From Octopus bimaculoides (Eukaryota), in assembly GCF_001194135.2 (NCBI RefSeq), contig NC_068982.1, positions 89,000,056-89,063,965 of the forward strand: a stretch of 63,910 nt of DNA. Reading direction: 5' to 3'. Positions 1 to 13,267 of this stretch are shown piece after piece (position 1 is the stretch's first letter; the number at the start of each line of letters is the position of its first letter). The notes beneath the pieces are model-generated. The model did not search any database and was not told the DNA's origin. It saw only the letters and a list, made by a program, of their open reading frames with translations. A program made the position numbers and the translations under genes.

Positions 1-75
1 CCTACTGTAACACCTGGTTAACCAAACACTTGTGAATGGATTTGGTAGATGGAAACTGAAAGACCATCGTATATA
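1..75 (+). mobile_element. SINE family B, 3' portion (truncated by window start)
   Basis: ttgtgaatggatttggtagatggaaactgaaaga...tcgtatatat matches the reverse complement of copies at ~41205-41365 and ~55950-56050. Confidence 0.6.
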
Positions 76-559
76 TATGTGTGTGTGTGTGTGTGTATGG
101 TTAATGAGAGACAGAAGATGGAAGATACGATAATTTTTATTAATCACTACAATGGTTTAGACTCATCTTCCGTCTCTCATAAACCAAATACATGATGAAC
201 ACCCTGAAAGTGATCGAGCTTTACCAGTAAGTTACCAGGTATAAACCATTCGTTTCCACGCACAAACACACACACACACACATACACACGCGCGCACAAA
301 CATATGCGTGTGTGGAAACGTGTGCCTTTCAGCTGGGGTGCTGAAAAGGTATGTCAAAAGAGTCCATACTGTGGCATGTGTTTCTTTTGCCAGCCAGTAA
401 TATGCAATAGAATGTGGAAATCTTTCGCCGGGCTCAAGAATCATACTAGGGCCTCATTGCATCATCAATGACTCATTTCAGTGATTCCTTCTAGCAATGA
501 CTTTGCTCATATACGAGAAATCCGATGCTATGTATGTGTGTGCGTGCGCGCGCGTGTGT

Positions 560-800
560 TTGTGTGTGTGTGCGTGCGTGCATATGTGTGTCTTTGTGTA
601 TGTGTTTGTTACGCAACTCCGCTTGTCCACCAGGGTCGGTGGGTTTACGGTCCCGCACCTTAACGGTTCGGTAACAGACCGATATAATAAGTACAAGGCT
701 TTACAAACAAAGAATAAGCACTAGGGTCAATTCATGGGACTAAAATTCTTCAAGGTAATGCCCCAGCATGGCCGCATTCTAATGACTGAGACAAGAGAAA
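560..800 (+). mobile_element. SINE family B-type 3' tail segment
   Basis: cttaacggttcggtaacagaccgata..aataagtac...ccagcatggccgca resembles the reverse complement of 55815-55900 and the segment at 11895-11930. Confidence 0.45.
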
Positions 801-914
801 AAGAAAACAAGAAATATGAGTACACGTACTTATGTACTCGCACACTGTATATGTGCATGTATGTGTATTAGTATGCGGAAATCTATATGTGTGCATAATG
901 CATCTGTGCATGTC

Positions 915-1215
915 TGTGCCTGTATGCATGTATGTATGTATGTATGTATGTATGTATGTATGTATGTATGTATGTATGTACGTACGTATGTGTGTATGTA
1001 TGTATATGTGTGTGTATGCATGTATTCCTGTAGGTATGTCGTTACTTAGTTTTATTTCAAGATTTCATGTCAATAAAGAGCCGGTTTTATTGGAATTTCA
1101 ATATCAACAGGGTATGTATGTATGTATGTATGTTTGTCTTTCTGTCTGTCTGTCTGTCTGCCTGTTTGTATGTATGCATGTATGTATGTATGTATGTATG
1201 TATGTAAGTATGTAT
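915..1215. repeat. (TATG)n/(TCTG)n microsatellite cluster
   Basis: Long tatg runs at ~925-980 and ~1112-1215, read directly. Confidence 0.95.
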
Positions 1216-1496
1216 ACAGATTTGTACGTTTTGTTTTATGTATGTCTTCTCACGCATATACTTGCATATCTAGACTTCCTCATATGTATTTAAATGATAA
1301 ACTTCTGGAAAGTTTTGCAGATTTCTACAGTTCCAGCGATCTGTAGTCTTCGGATCAGCTTTCACTTTTCTGAGAAGCCTAGTTTTGAGAAGCCTAATTT
1401 CTCAAGATTGATATTGTGGTAGTGTGCTACATATCGCAGTGCCCCAATGATTACAGGTATAAACCTGAATTTGTAATCTAGGTAGAGTATGTATGG

Positions 1497-1529
<33 letters not shown>

Positions 1530-2354
1530 TTTTACATGTTATGGTTAATATACTTCATAATTTTGAATACATGCATACATACAAACATAGATACATACAT
1601 ACATACATACATACATACCTTTACGTATTAATGTTCTTTTTTAGGTTATTTTTCTGTAGTTGTTATCCTGTCTGCGATCTCGAATAGAATATTACTTTCA
1701 GCCTTCTGAAATCTGTTGTTCAATTAAGAAGTAAAACGTTAAGGAAAACATATACGAACAATAACATTATTAAGATGAATATCAAGGGGAGGGTGGTTGG
1801 TTGTGTTGTAAGAGGGGTTTTGCGTTGTATTAGGAATAAATAGCATTTCATTTGATATTATCATCTCTTGCGATGTACTGACATCTGCATAGAATACACC
1901 AGCTCAAATACATACATGCGTACATACATGTATATATATATATATATATNNNNNNNNNNNNNNNNNNNNNNNNNNNNNNNNNNNNNNNNNNNNNNNNNNN
2001 NNNNNNNNNNNNNNNNNNNNNNNNNNNNNNNNNNNNNNNNNNNNNNNNNNNNNNNNNNNNNNNNNNNNNNNNNNNNNNNNNNNNNNNNNNNNNNNNNNNN
2101 NNNNNNNNNNNNNNNNNNNNNNNNNNNNNNNNNNNNNNNNNNNNNNNNNNNNNNNNNNNNNNNNNNNNNNNNNNNNNNNNNNNNNNNNNNNNNNNNNNNN
2201 NNNNNNNNNNNNNNNNNNNNNNNNNNNNNNNNNNNNNNNNNNNNNNNNNNNNNNNNNNNNNNNNNNNNNNNNNNNNNNNNNNNNNNNNNNNNNNNNNNNN
2301 NNNNNNNNNNNNNNNNNNNNNNNNNNNNNNNNNNNNNNNNNNNNNNNNNCAAAT

Positions 2355-2500
2355 CAAAGATGATGTTGATAAAACTAATGCAGCAGCGGCAACAGCATTA
2401 GTATAGGCAGCAGCACCAACAGCACCACCACCACCACCACTACCACCACCACCACCTTACCACCATCAGCAGTAGCAACAGCAGCAGCAGCAGCGGCGGC

Positions 2501-2533
<33 letters not shown>

Positions 2534-2570
2534 TATTGATGATGATAATGAAATTTATAATGATGATGAC

Positions 2571-2629
<59 letters not shown>

Positions 2630-2630
2630 C
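2355..2630. repeat. Compound trinucleotide microsatellite (GCA/CCA/GTA/GAT)n
   Basis: Successive gca, cca, gta and gat arrays; source of the poly-M and poly-I ORFs. Confidence 0.95.
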
Positions 2631-2761
2631 CTTTTCTTTATTAACCACTAAAAGTTCCTCTAAAAACATTGAGGACTGTACAGGACAATGCGATATGGTG
2701 TTACATAACAGGTGTGTAAGAAAGTAAAAACAGCGACGATATAGCATTATAGCAATTATTA

Positions 2762-4850
2762 ATTCCCCAAAAGAGGGATACTTTAAAGGGCTGCTCGTGG
2801 AGACCCCACAAAGCCATCGTCACCTTGACCACTAGGACAAGTGCTCTCTCCACATCGTCCTCATTCAACCTACAGGCGCATGCTTAGAGTAGACCCGTTC
2901 ACTCGGACCATTCTTGCAACATTCCCTCACCTTTAACAAAATTGCTGAGAGGCAGCACTTCACTCTTTATCCTCATTTTCCTTTTCAAATGAAAGTTGAA
3001 ACACTTGATGAGGGCTTGACCAAAGAGGATAATATTTGACTTCAGCCCTCTCAGTTTTGTCCACCACACAACTTCTTTCGCTACAGACGTCAGACAATGA
3101 AACACTGCCTGCCCTTCTTGGTCAAAGGAAGGCTGCGGGACGAACTTCACAATGTCAATCAATAACAGGATCCGTCCTTCGCGTGATACCAGGCGTTCAA
3201 CATAAATTTACAAGTCAGCAATGCTTTGGCACTGGACGAAAGCATGCAGAACAGTTTCGTCGTCACTTTGGGATCACCTCAAGCAAGCCCAGCTGACGGC
3301 ACTTCCATGACTGTAGAGCTGTCCCAAACCGGCATTGTCCCCTCCCCCTGGTTAACACTGTCAGGCTAAGGATTTCTGGAAATTATCCATCAGCCCCAGT
3401 CCAAAGTCCTCCGGAACAGACCATCCAGTTGATTTTCGTTGTCGCCCAAAGTTTTTCCGAGAAAGTTATTGGGGAGTATGGACCTACCTCTCTTGGTGCC
3501 GAGTTGCAGGTCCACTCACTTTTCTTGGTTAATTCTTACTTCTTCTCCCGCATCGTATTCTTTTAAACCAGTGCCGACTAGGTTCATGTGCCTCATGTTC
3601 GACACTATGATGGGAACATTGTCTGCGTATGTCGGCACGGTTCTCCCACATCCTAGTAAGGGCGAAGTGCTTCTCAACATCTCTAATTTCCGCAGTAGTG
3701 GCTCTAGAGGCAGTACATACAAAAGAGAAGAAATGGGATACACTTAACGGACGGAGCACTTGATGTTGAATGGTTCTGACAGATAACCATTCACAGAGTA
3801 GAAGTCACTGTACGTTGCAACGATCCAGCCACAGAAAACCGAACCGAAGCGAGCCACCGTGGGAACGGCGGCCACATATTGGTGGTCAGCCCTATCGAGG
3901 GCTTTAAGCTGATCTAATTGATCAGGCTCAATATATGACAGCATTTTTACCCACCCTATCTATCATGTATTGCATGAAGTGGAGGTTGTCATGGATGGAT
4001 CTGCTTGGGAGTGCCTATGTTTGTGTTCCACTAATCAGTTCCTCGACGACAATCGTCAACCAAAATTTCGAAACCTACGTTCAGCAGCGTTATGGGCCTA
4101 AAAATTTCTACTTGATTCCCTTTGTGTCCTTTCTCAACAGTATGACTACTCCTTGATTGAACGAACTAGGAATTCTCCCATTCTGCTGCCTGTTGCGGAA
4201 CATATCTGGCAGGAGGCTGCCAAGCACGTTTGGCATATAAAAGTAAAGTTCATAGAGCAGACCGTCCAAACCAGGCGGTTTTCTCCCACCCACCCACTCC
4301 ATGTAGTCCACCATCGCATCCTGTATTTCCGCGGTTGTTATCGGCATCTCACAACGCTAAGCTCCCTCCCCTTCCGGAGAGTCGTGGCTGCTGTCAAAGT
4401 AGGCACTGAAGTCTATCCTACATTCTGACCTGCCATTCGGTCCAAACAGTTCGGCGATGGGCTACTGAAATGCCGCACACATCTGCTCGGGCTCGAGTAC
4501 TGTTGGTTCGTTTTGGTCCAACAAAGACCGAATTGTGGTTTTGTTGTCACATTGCGCCTATGTCACTCAGGCCCATCGATCGGGTTTCGTTGCCTCGTTT
4601 CTTAGAGCATGCACCTTAGCTCTGATACTGTATCCTTCGTACTTAGCGTTGAAGAATTGGTCCATGGCCAATCTCGCCGCCAGCACGTCGGTTGTGATAC
4701 CTTTTCCAAGCATCTCTCTTCTAAGTTTCAAACTAAGTTTCCCTCCACTCTATTCTTTTCTATCACTAATGCCTTACTAGCTCATATCGATTCTATTCTA
4801 ATTACCCTTTTCAGAAGGCATAGAGGATACAGAGATAAGTAAATCACGGA
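2762..4850 (-). mobile_element. Tx1/L1-clade non-LTR retrotransposon ORF2 fossil (RT and flanks), frameshifted
   Basis: Minus-strand peptides KPPGLDGLLYELY (cf. KSPGxDG), LDQLKALDRADHQY (cf. LDxxKAFDRV), VNGYLSEPF..SVR followed by ISSLLYVLPLEPLL (cf. QGCPLSPLLY.L.LEP) and TYADNV (cf. YADD). Locally GC-richer than the flanks. Confidence 0.9.
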
Positions 4851-4859
4851 GTGCCTTTA

Positions 4860-5210
4860 TCAGTTGGGAGGGGATTATCTGCACAGTCGAGCATTTCTAG
4901 GCAGGTGATCTAGTCAGTCAAGGATTGGAAATAGTTTATTGATAGCTTATTGATAGCCATTGCATCCCTTCTATATAAAATATTGCCCCCCCCCCCCAAA
5001 GGAGTGGAGTTAAAGTATAAAGATCTCGAAATTGAAATATTCAAGATGTGAGGCATGAAGATGAAAACAATACCAGTAATAATTGGAGCAGTGTGTATGA
5101 TAAAAAAGCGATTGAAAACGTAGAAATCTATCGAAAAAAAAAACAACTCTGCTAGAAACAGTCCATCCTACGCAAGACACTAATGATAGCACAACCCAAA
5201 TAAAACAATC
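4860..5210 (+). mobile_element. R4/Dong-like RLE retrotransposon 3' fragment
   Basis: Translation KYKDLEIEIFKM*GMKMKTIPVIIGAVCMIKK matches the C-terminal RLE region (KYKDLxIEIxRMW...IPVIIGALG). The left boundary is uncertain. Confidence 0.65.
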
Positions 5211-5997
5211 CATAAACACATGGCAGATCCTTTACACTAAATATCTAATAAAATACAACTCCCACAACATGTTCTCTACAGGTCGAGTACCCTAAAGAAA
5301 AACGTAACTCGCATTACCCAAACAATGCACAACACAAACATTAATACAACAAAAGACAGCAGCACAACCAACCCCATGACAAAACAGGCTGATACAATAC
5401 AATACACGAGAAGAGTTTCCACTTCCCTAACAACAGCAAGCAAAAGCACAAAACACGATGCTGCACACACCTCAGCAACGCGGAGGTGTAGCAGGTGCTG
5501 CTGTAGAAATTTGCTTGAAACAATCAAATGTCGAATGACAACAACAACAACGATGACAACGATAATAATAATAATAATAATAATAATTAATTCAGTAATA
5601 ATAGCAACAGCAAAAACAATAACAGTAATAACAGACTCCTTTAGAATCGAACTTTGATAATTATTCTAATGGTATTAAGTTTCTTTGATTTGATCTTGTC
5701 TGGCAACTGTACACCAACGAATCCTTTTGTACTTGAATCAAACTCGATGAATTGCAACTGGAGACTTTCTTTTTATTCTTTTATTAACGAAGGTTATTAA
5801 ACGATTCTGCTTGTGTTCGTTCTTTTCCGTTTTGTTTTTTTTTTCTTTTTTCCTGTCAGGCAGAATATTGGCGCTCATGCTGTTTCCAAAGGCTTCAAGG
5901 TTTAAGTTATGCAATTAGGTAAAATCTGAATATTGAAATGTATTATTGTCTCTTAGAATCTAATGATGGTATGAAAAACAATAGTTCATAGTTCTTG

Positions 5998-6208
5998 CTA
6001 AATTTGGTACAAGGCCAGCAATTTTTAAGAGAATGCTACATCAATTGTTTCGAACCCCAAACTCTCGACAGGCATTTATATCATTGATCTCGAAAGGAGG
6101 AAAGGTAAAGTCGACGTCACCAGAATTTGGACTCAGAACGTAAATAACTATAGTAAATGGCCCCAAGCATTTTGTCTGACGCACGAGCGATTCTCACTGC
6201 TGAATCCC
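5998..6208 (-). mobile_element. tRNA-derived SINE family A, degenerate
   Basis: gaaaggtaaagtcgacgtcaccagaatttggactcagaacgtaaa is a diverged reverse complement of the 57823-58036 copy. Confidence 0.75.
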
Positions 6209-6260
6209 TTAACAGTAGTTAACAACAACAACAACAGCAATAGCAACAACAACAATGATA

Positions 6261-6442
6261 ATGATAATAGTTTCAAGTTTTGACACAATGCCTGAAATTT
6301 TAGGGAAGGTGTGAAGTCGATTGCATCGACTCGAATGTTCGACTGGTACTCTTTTTATCGACCCCGAAAGGATGAAAGGCAAAGTCGACCTCGGCGGAAT
6401 TTGAACTCGGAACGTAAAGACGGACGATTCTGTCAGCTCGCC
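6261..6442 (-). mobile_element. tRNA-derived SINE family A with internal deletion
   Basis: ccccgaaaggatgaaaggcaaagtcgacctcggcggaatttgaactc contains the B-box GAGTTCAAATTCC on the minus strand; the head ends in ctgtcagctcgcc. Confidence 0.85.
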
Positions 6443-7086
6443 AATGATAATGACAACAACGACGACGATGATGATGATGATGATAGTGATATCTTTCATT
6501 CACAACAGGGGCACTAGTCACTGAGGAAAGTAGCAAAGGCCATAATACAACACAAAAAAGTTTGGATTTATACCAATCAAAATAGGAATCAACAACAAAA
6601 TGGGCATTTCACTAAGAGGAATTCAGAGAAAACCCCGGATTATTAGTTCCCAGCTTCTTTCCTTTTACATAAAAAAAGACGTTGAGGGTAGGCCTATTCT
6701 GATCCAATATTCTTTTCTCTCTCTCTCCTGCCTTGTACTATAATAATTGGCCTTGAAGCTTTTCGATCTCATGCACTCTTTTCACTATATGTAAAAATAC
6801 TATTTCCCCCTTCATACGATTATTTGTCTCCAAATGTGTTTTTATAAATACATCTAAAATCGTAATTTTTTTTTTCTATAATAGTACATATATATTTATT
6901 TGGATTAAATCTGTAGTTGAATTTTACAAATTCTATAGTAATGCAAAATATTGATAGATTTAAAATCTTGAAATAAAGTACATTCATATTTATACATTCA
7001 TGCCAATTTAATCAACACACTATAGTTATGCGATGCATAATTCAATTGATAAAAGAAACCGAATAAAGTAAAATGGCCACTTTATT

Positions 7087-7960
7087 TCAAAGAGGAATCT
7101 GTAGTTTGATTTTCCTTCACCAACTCTGAGATACGTTGAGGAGTGCTTCAAAGGGAATAATGCAAGCCAATTTAATTTCTGATCAACTTGGTTGTTTCGT
7201 TTTCATTTGCAACAAAGTTGAAAATTCGCAATGATATATCTACACAAACGGAAGTAATGCACTCATTACTCTTTCTGCTACTTCTGAGTTTGTAGCGCAC
7301 ATTGAAGGTCAAAATTCAGTAACTGAGTTCTCATTAGATATCTTTTGCTCCCGAACCAGTCTTTAACTCTGAGAATTCATCTTAACAGTTATGAGTAACT
7401 TTTCAACTGCAAATGTGAATGAATTTCGCACTGAATCCAACCCATCACCACAGAATTGAGGAAAATATGTAGGACGAATTCATTTCGTAGCGTCATCAAA
7501 TACGGCATCAGTTTTTTTATTTTCTGCAACTTGGGGACACTTAAGTCTTCACAGCAGTAGTAAGAATTCATGGCAGTTTCTCAAACATTGCAAGGTTTTA
7601 GGTATTGAATTTTCTCTTCTAGTTTTTTTTTTTTTTTCTGGTTGCACATGAAGTCTTTCGGGGAATGATACTTGTATTGAAGCTTGTATTGTATTGTAAT
7701 AGAGAAAATGGGACAATTTCTGAAATATCTTGCTATACGCACATGGAACTCGAGGCGCAAAGGTCTAAGAATGGTGTGATTGGGTGGAGTCCATCTTGTT
7801 CCATGGTACTTTCATATTCATCACTACGATCATCTGATTATCCTATGAATCCAAATGTTCAAAGTGGATTAAAAATTGCTAGAAAGAAAGCCTGAATTTT
7901 GTGTCATGTCACTAGCCTCATTAATGCTTGGTTGTCTTGGTTAGCTAGTCTCAGATGTTG
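7087..7960 (-). mobile_element. hAT (Buster/Charlie, ZBED5/8-like) transposase C-terminal fossil
   Basis: Joined across frameshifts: N*KRK..NLAMFEKL...DGLDSVRNSFTF...DEFSELKTGSGAKD...TEF*PSMCATNSEVAERVMSALLPFV*IYHCEFSTLLQMKTKQ, matching the hAT dimerisation motif LLPFxxTYLCExxFSxLxxxKTKxR. The upstream extent is less certain. Confidence 0.65.
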
Positions 7961-8644
7961 ATGTTGACAAGCTTGACAATAGTTTCATAGTATATTTAGA
8001 AAGTTCATCAAATCGCTTTCATACGACTTCGCGTTTTTTGGTCTCCACTTGAGTAGGCCCTTGAGCTCATAATTATTTCTCGTAGATCTTAAACTTTGTT
8101 AAAGGTCATACAATCAATTGCTTGATAGCATTAATGTCAGCTGAAGAAAAGATCTTTTATTTCTTCCCATAAAATAACAAATTCACCAAATAAGATACAT
8201 CACATCTACCGGACAGCTGGTCTCTACGAAACTGTATTACTCTTGTTCACTTTCCTTGGATGTATGTGTATATGAATGATATATGTATAGATGCATACAA
8301 TATGAATGCATGCACTATGTATATAGTGTGTATGTATATATTTGAATGTGTGTGTGTGTGGGGGGGGGGTTTAAACAAACCTTACAAAAGTACTAATAAA
8401 AACGAAAATTAAAAATCCAAATCCAAACCTAATGGTACTTGTAATAATAATAATAATAATAATAATAATGATTATGATGATGATGATGTTCTCACATACA
8501 GCCGCAGAATCTTCGCCAGCTGGCGATGCGACCGCCCAAACCACAGCCACCACCTCAATTTCTAGTAAACAGCTGCGCAGTTAGACAGATCCACCTCTGC
8601 CCCATCTCTCACTCTCTCTCCCCTTGATTTCTTTCTGGGTCACA

Positions 8645-9583
8645 TGGCAGAAATTCCGAACCGGAAACTACAGCCTAGAAGACTAACCTCGTCTTGGAAG
8701 ATCTGTAGAGCTCGATGAGGACGTCGTGCAAACCCTGGTGGAAAAAAATCCCATCATAACTGTTGAGAAACTAAAACTAGGAGAGAAGCTTGGATTTGGT
8801 CATTCAACCATTCACCGACACGGAAAAGTCAGCAAATTGAGTCAATGGGCTCCTCACAAAGTTATCTAATCGCGCGCAGAGCGCAGTGTTCTCTTATTTG
8901 TTGTCACGTCTCACAAATAGACCTTTTTTGGACCGAATAGTGATTGGTGATGAGAAATGGTTTCTCTATAATAATGTCAAGCGAAGAAGACAGTGGGTAG
9001 GGAAACGAGAACACCGGCACCCCAGGCTAAAGAAGGTCTTCACTCACAGGTGCTGTTATCTGTTTGGTGAGATATGAAAGATTTAGTCCAATTTGAACTT
9101 TTAAAACGAAACCAAAAGATAAGAAACGAGATCTACTGCGAGCAGCTTGAGCAGCTTAAGTCAGCGCTAGAAAAAAAGCAGCTATCTTTGGTTTCAAGAC
9201 GAAAGGTGTACTTCCATCAGGATAATGTTCGGTCACATACAGCGTGGATGACATTCCAAAGGCTGAAGCAATTTGAATGGGAAATGATGCCCCACCCACC
9301 ATATTCGCTGGACATTGCCCCATCTGATTAACATTTACTCTGTAGGCTTCAAAATCATTTGGACGGGGAAAAATATGAATTCTGTAGACGAGATCAGAAC
9401 AGTACAAGTGAATTTTGGAAGAAAAGCTTTGCAAGTCTACCAGACAAATGAAGAGCATTGTAGAAAATGAAGGAGTGTATATTTTAGATTAAAAAAGAAC
9501 TTTATCTTAATTTTGAAAAAATAATAGAAGTATTTATAGCCCCCAACCACCCACCCACCCATTATTTATGGGACCACCCAATA
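8645..9583 (+). mobile_element. Mariner (DD34D) element, 5'-truncated, with 3' TIR
   Basis: QKFRTGNYSLED*PRLGRS, IVIGDEKWFLYNN, YFHQDNVRSHT and HPPYSLDIAPSD. Ends in atttatgggaccacccaa plus TA (9582-9583). Confidence 0.9.
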
Positions 9584-9599
9584 CATGATGAGATTATCA

Positions 9600-9800
9600 G
9601 AGAGTCTTTTTTTTTGGTGACAAAGTAAACAATTTAATATGTGTAGATATTTTGCTACATATATTGATCAAATCGATCCTCCAGATAAGTTGTAGTTCAC
9701 AATCCAAATTGTTCTCTACAAACTGTGTTACTGTGTCAGCCATTTGCTTTAATACTCTCCTCATGATATAAGGTCCAGGGCACACGATTGTTGTTATATT
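9600..9800 (-). mobile_element. Possible Tc1/mariner-superfamily C-terminal fragment
   Basis: With one frameshift reads ALDLIS*GVLKQM (cf. PLDFFLWGxLK); short and degraded. Confidence 0.3.
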
Positions 9801-11383
9801 TCCTTTACATCCTTTACATCGGACGGTGTTGATAAAACTCTTCTATTTTCTAAATCGATACATTATTTTGTATCCAAATAATTTGCGTTTTTACTTGAGA
9901 GAGAGAGAATATTTTTATATTATTGCCATAACGTATTGCATAAAGGAGTAGGGAGTCCATATTTTTGCTGTGATAGTTCATTTAGCTACGGCCTAATCCT
10001 TTTTCGTCTGCTTAAAAATATATTGACAATACAGTTACGCAATTTTAGTATAGTAAATCATTACCATTCTGAATGGATTCACTCCATGAATTTTTCTTTT
10101 ATGGCAAATATTATAGTTTGTAATATTCCTAGAATATGAAAGTTGCAGAAATAATTTAATCTGCAAGTTAACATTACAAAATTGCCATGCTGCTTGATAA
10201 GTTTATTAGAAATATAAATAGCTTTATTGTAATTGCATTTCTATGGAAATTTCTAGGAAAGTTATCGTTTCATATCTTTCTGCATATACTTTGACGTATT
10301 TTTCCTTTATTTTCCGAAGAGCATCTCTATATGTAGAATAGAACCCCTTCTTTTATGGCATTTCGTTTAGTTTCCAGTTCATCTAAAATTGAAAATCTTT
10401 ATTTGTTGTTTGTATAAATGGTCAAACATTCAATATGTTTTATCGCAATTGGAAAATAAATTAAAACTCCAAAGAATGCCAGATAATACTCTCGATAGTA
10501 TGAGTTCATTCCAATGTTCTATCAATATTTCTGATGTAATTCGTGACTTGATTGCCTTCCACCTGTTTTATGAAGCTAATTATGAAACTCCTACCTAGGT
10601 GTATTATATATGCAAGTCACTTATGCATATTACCAGTATTTTATATATTCCTGTCATGAAAACAGATCGCTAAATAATACAGAATAATAAAATTTAGAGT
10701 AAATAACACTATTGGATGAATTCCCCAATGCATATTCGTTTACTACATTTAACCAGTGATGATAAGAACTATCAATAAAGAAACAAATATTGGTAGAATT
10801 AGCCATTTCAAAATACATCCCTCAGTAATCTGCTTTTCTATTATTTCATGTAAAAGAAGCCAAAACTATGCTGTTTTTCCCTTATTCACTAGACTGATAT
10901 TTTCAGTTGATTACACGAGTGAAAATGCCCTTAATGTGAAGCTTTCAGCTTCATTCATTATATGTAATACATACTTATTTCGTTTGATTTGTTCAGCCTT
11001 TACACTTTCTATATGTATAAGATACAAAAGAGCTACACTTTAGTTGAACTATTCTCTATTTTCAAAACCATTGCCACATATTCCTCTACACAAAGATCGG
11101 GAAACAAAAAATTCTATGGGGGCGGGTTTGTTATTTATTCCTGTCATGCTGTAATCTATTAATACATTAACAATAAAAAATATAAATACAAATGCTCTCT
11201 TCTCTCAGATATTAGAAACTGATATTGGATATGCAGTGATTAAGTGGGATTTAAATATATTATCTTGATAGATATCGTATCAGATGTAATGAATACAGTA
11301 GCATTGTCTGTTTATGTAACTCTTTAAATCAAAGAGAGACATAAAAATACAGATATAAAGTCATCAATAAACTGTATATAAAT

Positions 11384-11418
<35 letters not shown>

Positions 11419-11984
11419 TGTGTGTATGTATGCATGTATGTATATACGTATGTATATTTGTATGTATGTATGTATGCATGTATGTATATACATGTTTATG
11501 TGTGTAAATCTCTCGCTCTCTCTTTATCTATCTATATACATACATATACTTTATTTTTACATACAAGCACACATGCATATTGCTTTCAAAAGGATTGTAC
11601 AACCAACCTCTGGATGCAGAGTATAAAAATAAAGATTTTCTCGACATTTTAATGTATTGTTTCTTCTTTTGTGTGGCCAGTGCACATAAACGTGATACTG
11701 AAATAGTCATATCCTACCATATCGTATATATATATTAACAGTTCGCTACAAATCAGAAAAAAAAAAACACTATAAAAGAGAAATTGAGCGGTTACAATTT
11801 TATATTGTCTATCAGTATATTCTTGAATGTACCATATAAATGGCCAGAAAGTTACTGACAGTTCCATGCCTGCTCTTACACTTGGCATTACTGCGGTGCC
11901 CAAGCATGGCCGCAGTAAATGGTAAAAGATAATCCAAGAGCGGTATCTTTCTGATCATTCATATGCCATAATCAGGAATATAAA

Positions 11985-13267
11985 TTGGGTTGTCCGGAAA
12001 GTTCGTGCCGATTTATAGTAGCTTACCTTTCGACTTATTTTAGAACATGGTTGAGTCCATAAAATAGGATTTCACTACATCTCCATTTAGAGCACAGCTT
12101 AAGCTATCTTTGCGTGGAAGAAAGTTTATGTTCCTATAACCTGTGTTAATTCTGTAACCCTTTAAAATGGAAGATAAGAAAGTTTATTTTCGGCACTTGA
12201 TGCTTTTCTTTCTCCGTAAAGGGAAAAATTCTTCACAAGCAACCAAAGAAGTATGCGCAGTTTACGGTGATGTTTCTTTATCCGAAAGAACTGTACGGAA
12301 GTGATTCGCAAGGTCCCGAGCTGGATATTGTAGCCTTATTGATAAAGAGCGATCAGGCAGACCATCCTCTACAGATGATGACCAAATCAAGTCATTAATT
12401 GAGAATAACCCTCATTGCACAACCCGAGAATTGGCAGAAAGCCTCAGCCTATCAAAATCCGTCGTTCATGAGCACCTGGTAAACCTTGGATACACAAATC
12501 ACTACGATGTTTGGGTACCACATGAGATGAGTGACCAGAACCTTTTAGATCGCATTTCCATGTGTGATTCGTTTTATCAACGGAATGAAAACGCGCCTTT
12601 TTTAAAGCAAATTGTGACAGGTGATGAGAAATGGATTATCTACCGAAATGTTCAGAGAAAGCAGCCTGGAGTAAGTGACATGAGCCACCCTTAGCCACCC
12701 CAAAAGCGGGTCTTCACCCTAAAAAAGTCTTGTTTTGTGTCTGGTGGGATTAGAAAGGAATTCTGTACTATGAGCTTCTCCCGAGTAACCTGACAATTAA
12801 TTCTGAGAAATACTGCACACAGCTGGACGAGTTAAAAGCAGCAATTCAAGAGAAACGTCCAGAATTGGCAAACAAGAAGGGTGTTGTTTTCCAACACGAT
12901 AATGCCAGACCGCACGCTTCTTTGAGAACCAGACAAAAATTGATGCAGCTCGGCTGGGATGTGTTACCCCACCCTCCATATTCACCATATATTGCTCCTT
13001 CGGATTTTCACTTATTCAGGTATCTGCAGAATAGTCTTAATGGTAAAAATTTCAATTCCTTGGATGACGTAAAAAGATACCTTGATGAATTCTTTGACAT
13101 GAAACCACCTCAATTCTGGGAAGAGAGTATTTTCAAGTTAAAGGAAAGATGGAGACGCATTGTGCACCAAAATGGTTTATATTTGGTTGATTAAAAATGT
13201 AATGGCAAGTATTTATTGACCTTTTTCTTTCCTTTAAAAATCGGCACGAACTTTTCGGAGAACCCAA
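11985..13267 (+). mobile_element. Full-length mariner transposon (1283 bp) with 30-bp TIRs
   Basis: 5' TIR ttgggttgtccggaaagttcgtgccgattt; the 3' TIR reverse-complements to ttgggttctccgaaaagttcgtgccgattt (2 mismatches). TA at 13268-13269; the left TA is altered. Confidence 0.97.
12167..13194 (+). pseudogene. Mariner DD34D transposase pseudogene
   Basis: ATG at 12167 (MEDKKVYFRHLM). Motifs WVPHEM, TGDEKW, HDNARPH and HPPYSPYIAPSD, with 34 residues between the last two Asp. Premature stops at 12302, 12676 and 12751; one 1-nt frameshift near 12663. Confidence 0.95.
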
